Source: an uncultured Candidatus Saccharibacteria bacterium
Lineage (GTDB): Bacteria > Patescibacteriota > Minisyncoccia > Phycocordibacterales > WO2-35-19
Assembly (NCBI GenBank): GCA_964440955.1
Contig: CAYTTP010000001.1
Coordinates: forward strand, 14,388-78,387
Reading direction: 5' to 3'
DNA length: 64,000 nt
Shown here: one piece after another, positions 58,001-64,000 of the stretch
Layout of the letters: the number at the start of each line of letters is the position of its first letter
Position numbering within the stretch: position 1 is the first letter of the stretch
Position numbers and translations under genes: made by a program
The notes under the pieces: model-generated
The model's input: the letters and a program-made list of their open reading frames with translations, nothing else
The model's database searches: none
What the model was told of the DNA's origin: nothing

Positions 58001-58717
58001 ATTGTGAATCTTATAGGGAGCCGTCCGCGTTAGCTGGCGAATTCGTGCGCGCATTGGGCGGGCGGGGCAAGCACATATAGATTTGCTTGTGCCTAGCACA
58101 ATCCGCTTTTTAGAGTTATCACAGGCTCAATCGAAGCCACAGAGCGAATACGAAGCAAACACCGAGCAGGCATCGTGAGCGAATGCGAACGGCCTATGCG
58201 AGGTGGTTGCGAAGTGTGAGCGTACTCTCGAACTATCACAAAACGCAGATACGGGGAGCGCCTCGCACCGACGCGAATGACGGAGGAAAGGACGGACAAA
58301 ATATCGCCACAATGCTAAAATATAAATACAAGTCCTTTCTGGAGGAATGAAGCGTCGGAATCAAAACCAAAAATTTCCTTTCCATTTTTTGTCGGCTCCC
58401 CCCACACCCCCCGCCGAAAATCTAAGAAAGGAAGGAAAATTTTTGGTTTTGTACCGCGACCGAAGGGAGCGGACGAGGCGCGCATTAGCATTTAGTCATT
58501 TGGATTCTGCTCGAAATACATTCGAACTTTGTCCAACAAACACCGCAAACGCAAACTGTCTGTCGCAGACAGAAACAGTTTTCAGTTTGCGGAAGGGAGA
58601 AAGTGCTTTGAATAGCACTTTCGTGAGGATTCGAAAGGCGGAGCGGGCCCCGCTTTAGCAAAAGCGGGAGCGAGCCAGGGTCGTGAAAATTTTTGAGCGA
58701 CGGCGAAAAAATTATTC

Positions 58718-58741
58718 ATGACCGAATCCCCTCTTCCGCCA
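58718..58741 (+). repeat. degenerate direct repeat of the tRNA-Ser 3' end (att-like)
   Basis: tgaccgaatcccctcttccgccag compared with the tRNA 3' end ggttcgaatccctccccttccgcaa. Flanking motifs (ttagcaaaa, gtcgtgaaaatttttg, ggattcgaa) are shared with 54330-54455. Confidence 0.5.
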
Positions 58742-58842
58742 GTATTTTTGAAAAACAATGCTCAAAATTCTTTTGTTTTGCGGTACATTTAAAAACTAAG
58801 AAGTGATAAAATAGGTGAGCCTCCAAAAGACCAAAAACAAAA

Positions 58843-59439
58843 ATGAAAGATAAAGAAATACCCACAAATCCAGATCAATTTTTCCCTTGGTTAAAGACAG
58901 AGAGCGAGAAACTTTGGGAAGACATTGAACTCAATAATACTATTTACGGATTTCAATTGCAGGCTGGAACAAAATGGCTCCCCGGTCTCAATGACGAGCA
59001 AATCGCAAACTATGAGAAAGACGTTGGATTTATTTTTCCTAAAGTCTTTAGAACATTCCTTAAATACATGAATGGTACTGATAAACAAACAATAAATGTA
59101 TATGGTGGTTCCGACAAACCACATACTTATGGTGTCGGTTACTATTCTTATCCAAGAGATATTCAAGCAGTCAAAGACATGATCACTTGGATTTTTGAAG
59201 AATACAAGATATCAGAAAAAGACTTAGAGAAACAAACCATTCCTCATGTGTTGCCAATCATATCGCACAGATTTATCGTGGCAGATAGGTGCGAAACAAA
59301 TCCGGTACTGTCAATGCATGGTACAGATACGATTTTATACGCTAATTCTTTGCAAGACTTTTTAATTAGCGATATTTTCGCCAATCATCAACGAGAGTCA
59401 GATTTACAAAATATAGAAGTGAAGTTTTGGTTGGATTAA
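58843..59439 (+). CDS. SMI1/KNR4 (SUKH-1) family protein, a putative immunity protein
   Basis: 198 aa. …FFPWLKTESEK… and …KWLPGLNDEQIANYEKDVGFIFPKVFRTFLKYMNGTD… follow the SUKH pattern (W, LP, Y, FL, NG). Confidence 0.6.
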   Translation: MKDKEIPTNPDQFFPWLKTESEKLWEDIELNNTIYGFQLQAGTKWLPGLNDEQIANYEKDVGFIFPKVFRTFLKYMNGTDKQTINVYGGSDKPHTYGVGYYSYPRDIQAVKDMITWIFEEYKISEKDLEKQTIPHVLPIISHRFIVADRCETNPVLSMHGTDTILYANSLQDFLISDIFANHQRESDLQNIEVKFWLD

Positions 59440-59459
59440 TCATCATTTATAATAAAAAT

Positions 59460-59687
59460 ATGAACAAACAACTTGTGGTTATCTTAATAGTTATTATCTT
59501 TATCCTCGGCGGGCTTTTGTATGTTTACAATAGCGAACCTACCACCTACCAAAACGAAGTGGCCTGCACTATGGATGCTATGCTTTGTCCCGATGGATCA
59601 TACGTAGGTAGACAGGGTCCAAACTGCGAATTCGCCCCTTGCCCAATACCAGAGGGAGCAATGATGGAAGACGGCACGATCGAATAG
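59460..59687 (+). CDS. small membrane-anchored Cys-rich protein
   Basis: MNKQLVVILIVIIFILGGLLYVY TM helix, then CTMDAMLCPDGSYVGRQGPNCEFAPCP. Confidence 0.4.
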   Translation: MNKQLVVILIVIIFILGGLLYVYNSEPTTYQNEVACTMDAMLCPDGSYVGRQGPNCEFAPCPIPEGAMMEDGTIE

Positions 59688-59739
59688 TTGGTATTACATA
59701 CAAGATTGCGCAATACTTCATGTACCGCATAATAAGGTC

Positions 59740-61959
59740 ATGAAATTAAATGACAGTATCGAAACAATAGGCAGACTTACCCCCACTCAAAAAAAGGCTT
59801 TGGCCGTTTTAGGAATACGAAAAATTGGTGACCTTTTGAGGCATTTCCCCACTCGTTATGGCAACCAAGTGCCGATAAAGTCGATAGAGTTTTTGACAGC
59901 CGGCGAAGAAGCTGTTTTGTACGGCAAAATATCAAAACTAAAAACCGGAAAAACTTTTAGAGGCAGAGTGCCAATAGGAAGCGCGACAATCGAAGACTCG
60001 ACTGGCAAAATACAAGCCACTTGGTTTAGCCAACCCTACATCGCCAAAATGTTCAGCGAAGACACTTTAGTGCGCATAGAAGGCAAAGTTTCCCAAAAAA
60101 AGTCCGGCGAACTTTCATTCATAAATCCAAAAATAGAAAAAGCAACTTCCATACCCGAAGGTACAAGCGACTCTCTCTTTGGTTCAAAAGACGATCATAG
60201 CCTCTCCCCCACCTACCCAGAAACAAGAAATATTTCGAGCAACTGGATATACCATCACATCCAAAAAATATTCAAAAGTGGCATCCTCGACTCTCTAGAA
60301 GACCCAATACCAGAAATATTGCTCAAAAAATATTCCCTGCCTTCAATCTCGACTGCACTTTTTTGGATACACGCGCCACGCAAAAAAGAAGATGCCGAAA
60401 TAGCAAGGAAACGATTTGCCTTCGAAGAAATATTTTTGATCCAGCTCGACCGCCAAAAAGAGCGGTTGCTCGCCGAACGAGAAAATACATTTAAAATCGA
60501 TATTGGAAAAGAAGAGCTAGAAAAATTTATCAGCGATTTTGAATTCCCCCTTACCAATGCCCAAAGGAGATGCATCGACAGTGCTATTGCCGATATGAAA
60601 AGCGGTCACCCAATGTCGCGACTTATCGAGGGCGATGTCGGGAGTGGCAAAACAGCAGTAGCAGCCTCGGTATGCCATGCAATAGTCCAAACGACTCCAC
60701 CCAATCGCGAATACGGTTCGTTGCAAGTAGCTTATATGGCACCAACCGAAATACTCGCCGAACAACACTTTGAGTCATTTATAAAATATTTCAAAAAATA
60801 CAATATTCCCGTCGGTCTCATCACCGGCAGTGGTGCCAAAAAATTTCCCTCCAAGACAAACAGCGCTGAAGCTACCAAGATCTCAAAACCACAAATGCTC
60901 AAGTGGGTGAAAGATGGTCAAATACCAATCCTAATCGGCACCCATGCCCTCATCCAAAAAAGTGTATCTTTCAAAAACTTAGGCCTTATCGTCATTGACG
61001 AACAACACCGCTTCGGAGTTAAACAAAGAAAAGAGTTGCGAAAGAAACAACCTGCCCGAACGACTAGCATTCAGTTGGGCGGGGATATTGCGCCACATTT
61101 ACTTTCAATGACCGCAACCCCCATCCCGCGAACTTTAGCCCTCACTCTTTTTGGCGACCTCGACCTTTCAATACTCGACGAACTCCCGCCGGGCAGAAAA
61201 CCGGTTGAAACCAAAATAATACTCCCTCATCAAAGGGAAGAGGTGTATGAAAAAGTACGCGAAGAACTAAAATCAGGCAGACAGGCGTATGTGATTTGCC
61301 CTCGCATTGCAGAGGCCGATCCCGCCCGCCTCGATGACGTGTCGGGCAGGCAAAATTCAACATCGCAATTATTAAATTTACGTTCAGTCACCGAAGAAAC
61401 AAAATATCTTCAAGAAAAAATATTTCCAGAATACAAAATAATGAGCATCACCGGCAAAATGACTCCAAAGGAAAAGGAGGAAACGATGCGCCACTTTAAG
61501 GAAGGTAAGGGCAATATTTTGGTCGCCACCTCTGTTGTAGAAGTAGGGGTAAATGTTCCAAACGCAACCGTGATCATAATCGAAAACGCCGAGCGGTTTG
61601 GTCTTGCCCAGCTTCACCAATTGCGCGGAAGAGTCTTGCGGAGTAGTCACAAACCATACTGTTTTGTCTTTGCTCAATCAAATTCACAAAAGACTATCGT
61701 CCGCTTAAAATCATTTACCACTGCCAAAAACGGTTTTGAACTCGCTGAAGCCGACTTGAAACAGCGTGGCAGTGGCGATTTGTTTGGCAATAAACAATGG
61801 GGGGTTTCGGACCTAGCAATGGAAGCTCTAAAAAATTTGAAAATGGTCGAGTTTGCCCGTAGTGAAGCAAGGGCCTTGCTCGAAGAAGATATCGAGCTAT
61901 CCAAATTCCCCATCCTCAAAAAACATCTTCTCGAAAAAACCTCGGTACATATGGAGTAG
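59740..61959 (+). CDS. recG: ATP-dependent DNA helicase RecG
   Basis: 739 aa with a wedge domain, helicase motifs (GDVGSGKT, DEQHRFGV, a QLRGRV-type motif VI) and a C-terminal RecG-specific region. Confidence 0.85.
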   Translation: MKLNDSIETIGRLTPTQKKALAVLGIRKIGDLLRHFPTRYGNQVPIKSIEFLTAGEEAVLYGKISKLKTGKTFRGRVPIGSATIEDSTGKIQATWFSQPYIAKMFSEDTLVRIEGKVSQKKSGELSFINPKIEKATSIPEGTSDSLFGSKDDHSLSPTYPETRNISSNWIYHHIQKIFKSGILDSLEDPIPEILLKKYSLPSISTALFWIHAPRKKEDAEIARKRFAFEEIFLIQLDRQKERLLAERENTFKIDIGKEELEKFISDFEFPLTNAQRRCIDSAIADMKSGHPMSRLIEGDVGSGKTAVAASVCHAIVQTTPPNREYGSLQVAYMAPTEILAEQHFESFIKYFKKYNIPVGLITGSGAKKFPSKTNSAEATKISKPQMLKWVKDGQIPILIGTHALIQKSVSFKNLGLIVIDEQHRFGVKQRKELRKKQPARTTSIQLGGDIAPHLLSMTATPIPRTLALTLFGDLDLSILDELPPGRKPVETKIILPHQREEVYEKVREELKSGRQAYVICPRIAEADPARLDDVSGRQNSTSQLLNLRSVTEETKYLQEKIFPEYKIMSITGKMTPKEKEETMRHFKEGKGNILVATSVVEVGVNVPNATVIIIENAERFGLAQLHQLRGRVLRSSHKPYCFVFAQSNSQKTIVRLKSFTTAKNGFELAEADLKQRGSGDLFGNKQWGVSDLAMEALKNLKMVEFARSEARALLEEDIELSKFPILKKHLLEKTSVHME

Positions 61960-62000
61960 GAGAAATATAGAAAAATAAAAATACAAATTACAAACAGAAG

Positions 62001-62027
62001 GCGGTGCGGACCCTCTGTCCGCACCGC
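62001..62027. terminator. GC hairpin (gcggtgcggac-cctct-gtccgcaccgc) between recG and a convergent gene
   Basis: An 11-bp stem. It has no strong T run, so it is a weaker terminator call. Confidence 0.4.
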
Positions 62028-62035
62028 TAATCCCA

Positions 62036-62299
62036 TCACTTCTTTCCGTAGTGTTTGTTGATCTCTTCCAAAAAGGCGTCACGGACGCCCTTAGGAAGCC
62101 CTTTCTTCATCCTAACAACAGCCCAATATGCGCTTATGGCCATGTCTTCACTCAGCGGAGTTGCCCCCTCTCTTCCCACAAGAAAAAGTTCCTTTAGGGT
62201 ATGTGATTCGAAGGAGACAGGACCTTCATCCAATCTCTCAACCATCCACGCTGATTCGCTGGCAGTATCTCCAATACTGAATCTTTTGATTCTGAACAT
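62036..62299 (-). CDS. hypothetical protein
   Basis: 87 aa ORF. Confidence 0.35.
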   Translation of the reverse strand: MFRIKRFSIGDTASESAWMVERLDEGPVSFESHTLKELFLVGREGATPLSEDMAISAYWAVVRMKKGLPKGVRDAFLEEINKHYGKK

Positions 62300-62401
62300 C
62301 TAAGCTCCTTCTACGAATAAGAATACCTAAATACCATAATTATTCAAACTATCAACAATCGAACCTTTAAATACATAGTATGTAATACTATAATTAGATA
62401 T

Positions 62402-63067
62402 ATGAAAAAACCCAAAGAAAAAGAATCAGCTTTGAAGATGAGAGCGAGAGGCATGAGCTATTCTCAGATAAAATCAAAAATAAAAGTTAGCAAAAGTACT
62501 TTAAGTACTTGGTTAGAAAATCACCCTCTTTCACCAGAAGACATAGTCAGGCTTCGCGACTTGAACCCAATCAGAATAGAAAAATATCGCAATACACGAT
62601 TAAAAAATAGAGAAGAAAAATTAAAAAATATATATAACCAAATTTCTAAAGAAATAGGTATTTTGTCTGAGAGAGAATTGTTTTTAGCTGGCTTATTTTT
62701 ATACTGGGGAGAAGGAACAAAAGCCGCAAGAGATATGGTCGCTTTTACAAATACCGATCCTGATATGGTTAAATTTTTTATAAGATGGATCAATCTATTT
62801 GGTATAGAAAAAAATAGTCTAAAAGTAAAATTGCATCTATACAGCGATATGGATGTAGAAGAAAAAGTGGAGTTTTGGTCAAATCAATTATCTATACCAA
62901 AACAAAATTTTAGAAAACCTTATATAAAAGAGTCTAAATTTTCTTCACTCACCTATAAAAATTCTTTCGGTCAAGGTACCTGTACAGTAATTTATGGAAG
63001 TTCAGAAATCCATAATAGAATAATTATGGGATTAAAATATCTACGAGAAGTTGTTTCTGGTAAATAA
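62402..63067 (+). CDS. HTH-domain protein with a LAGLIDADG-like segment (homing-endonuclease-like, uncertain)
   Basis: N-terminal resolvase-type HTH (MSYSQIKSKIKVSKSTLSTWL). The central LAGLFLYWGEGTK resembles a LAGLIDADG motif. It lies immediately upstream of a tRNA. Confidence 0.4.
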   Translation: MKKPKEKESALKMRARGMSYSQIKSKIKVSKSTLSTWLENHPLSPEDIVRLRDLNPIRIEKYRNTRLKNREEKLKNIYNQISKEIGILSERELFLAGLFLYWGEGTKAARDMVAFTNTDPDMVKFFIRWINLFGIEKNSLKVKLHLYSDMDVEEKVEFWSNQLSIPKQNFRKPYIKESKFSSLTYKNSFGQGTCTVIYGSSEIHNRIIMGLKYLREVVSGK

Positions 63068-63087
63068 TTATATTAGTATGAAATTAT

Positions 63088-63160
63088 GCGCGCATAGCTC
63101 AGTTGGTAGAGCATTCCGCTTATACCGGAACGGTCCTTGGTTCGAGTCCAAGTGCGCGCA
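63088..63160 (+). tRNA. tRNA with anticodon UAU (tRNA-Ile reading AUA)
   Basis: GCGCGCA-TA-GCTC AGTTGGTA GAGC-A-TTCCG CTTATAC CGGAA-CGGTC-CTTGG TTCGAGT CCAAG-TGCGCGC-A. A textbook cloverleaf with positions 34-36 reading TAT. Confidence 0.7.
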
Positions 63161-63206
63161 CAAAATATTTACGACGACAAACGTCTAAAAAACTTAAAAA
63201 AGCAAA

Positions 63207-63662
63207 TTAAAGTGACGAAGCAACGAGAGAGCAGTCCATGCCAGAGCTAAGAGAAGCAAGTGTTATTTGTACCGAGCGGTTGTCACTATCGACACACCAA
63301 GCGTTTGCATTGTTGCTCTCAAGAGGCATAGCAACTACAAAACCAGAGCCGTTAGACTGACACCTACCATCAGCACCAGACTTTGCAAAAGCATCATCTA
63401 TATAAGTTTGAACGCTGGCGTTACCCAACAATCCGGTCAAAGTAGAGGCGCTACAAGTAGTACTTTGTGCCTGAGTACCATAACCATTGTTATCGCCATA
63501 ATAAATCTCGGCTACTGATCGAATATTTACAAGAGCCGTCTTGATGGCAGCATCGGCGCCTTTGGCTCGAGAGTTACTTAAGGAGGTAAGTACGATTGAA
63601 GAGAGTACTCCAATAATGGCTATTACGACCAAAAGCTCAATAAGTGTAAAACCTCTATTCAT
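63207..63662 (-). CDS. type IV pilin / pseudopilin (prepilin-type N-terminal cleavage and methylation domain)
   Basis: MNRGFTLIELLVVIAIIGVLSSIV… is the class III signal peptide. Paired Cys residues sit in the C-terminal region. Confidence 0.8.
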   Translation of the reverse strand: MNRGFTLIELLVVIAIIGVLSSIVLTSLSNSRAKGADAAIKTALVNIRSVAEIYYGDNNGYGTQAQSTTCSASTLTGLLGNASVQTYIDDAFAKSGADGRCQSNGSGFVVAMPLESNNANAWCVDSDNRSVQITLASLSSGMDCSLVASSL

Positions 63663-63720
63663 GGTTGATTAACCAATTATAACAAAAGCCAAGCTCCAAA
63701 AGTTTGGAGCTGTGGATAGG

Positions 63721-64000
63721 CTATATTGTTTCGATCCTTTTTGGCTGGATGCCATTTGCAATCAAAATAGATTCAAATTCGTCACGTTCAATATTTTCGA
63801 CTTCAATCAAGCGTTTAGCGATCGTATCCAAAAGAGGACGATGATTTTTTATTATTTCTTCCGCTCTAGCATAAGCCTCCTTCATTATTTTCGAAACCTC
63901 CTTGTCAATAAGTGCCCCTACCTCTTCAGAATATTCCTTTTCATCTACTCCCCGACCAAAAAGTGCTTTTCCACCCGAACTTTCAAGGGCCATGGGGCCA
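63721..64000 (-). CDS. ftsH: ATP-dependent zinc metalloprotease FtsH (C-terminal fragment; the gene continues beyond the window end)
   Basis: …YSEEVGALIDKEVSKIMKEAYARAEEIIKNHRPLLDTIAKRLIEVENIERDEFESIL matches the FtsH C-terminal helical region. The reading frame stays open to the window edge. Confidence 0.65.
   Translation of the reverse strand, partial: GPMALESSGGKALFGRGVDEKEYSEEVGALIDKEVSKIMKEAYARAEEIIKNHRPLLDTIAKRLIEVENIERDEFESILIANGIQPKRIETI

Noticed and set aside
57900-58100. Group II intron domain V-like sequence (gagccgtccgcg…)
   Set aside because: It lacks the GAAA tetraloop and the AGC/GUUC context of domain V. There is no reverse transcriptase or maturase ORF.
58300-58760. tmRNA or another tRNA-like ncRNA ending at cgaatcccctcttccgCCA
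   Set aside because: The candidate T-arm cannot pair: no 5' stem is complementary to CCCC(T) and the loop is ACCGAAT. No tag-peptide ORF ending in a hydrophobic Ala-rich tail was found. A degenerate repeat of the tRNA-Ser 3' end is the better reading.
1-64000. Possibility that the genome uses translation table 25 (UGA=Gly, as in Gracilibacteria and Absconditabacteria)
   Set aside because: Long ORFs for dozens of conserved proteins (PilB, EF-Tu, SecY, RecG and others) are intact under the standard code and end at TGA, TAA or TAG at the expected lengths. Only the small ORF at 6101-6330 shows an internal TGA.

Overview
This is a low-GC (about 38-40%) bacterial chromosome segment read in the standard genetic code (TGA is a stop codon). 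Genes are small and tightly packed and Shine-Dalgarno sites are weak. Gene content and layout look like a Candidate Phyla Radiation (Patescibacteria, Parcubacteria-like) genome.

Core content:
- A type IV pilus and competence set: pilM, an inserted block, pilN, pilO, a PilP-like gene, pilB, pilT, pilC, plus comFC and a pilin gene near the window end.
- A ribosomal-protein supercluster broken into three blocks, all on the minus strand and in permuted order: tuf-S10-[inserted gene]-L3-L4-L23-L2-L19; S19-L22-S3-L16-S17-L14-L24-L5; S14-S8-L6-L18-S5-L15-secY-adk-map-ndk. L29, L30 and L1 are absent from their usual positions.
- A folate and thymidylate gene cluster: glyA-thyA-dcd-CYTH on the minus strand, diverging from folA-ndk-RimK-like ATP-grasp-MTHFS on the plus strand, with folD nearby.
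- Other housekeeping genes: nusA, nusG, secE, tig, clpP, rny, a beta-CASP RNase, recG, argS, ppa and partial ftsH.
- Five tRNAs: His, Leu(GAG), Ser(GCU), Ile(UAU), and a His tRNA with an odd T-loop.

Accessory content:
- About 4.5 kb next to tRNA-Ser, bounded by degenerate copies of the tRNA 3' end, carries a lexA-methyltransferase-restriction endonuclease operon, an HNH endonuclease and a 0.9 kb structured non-coding stretch.
- A Phd/RelE toxin-antitoxin pair, a GC-rich hydrolase-like gene and a consensus promoter are inserted between pilM and pilN.
- A family of at least 10 GC-rich palindromic repeats ends in a GGGTGAGG tail. Three copies sit in frame inside rsmE, tig and the beta-CASP RNase gene.
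- An orphan SUKH-type immunity gene.

No rRNA genes or CRISPR arrays were seen.
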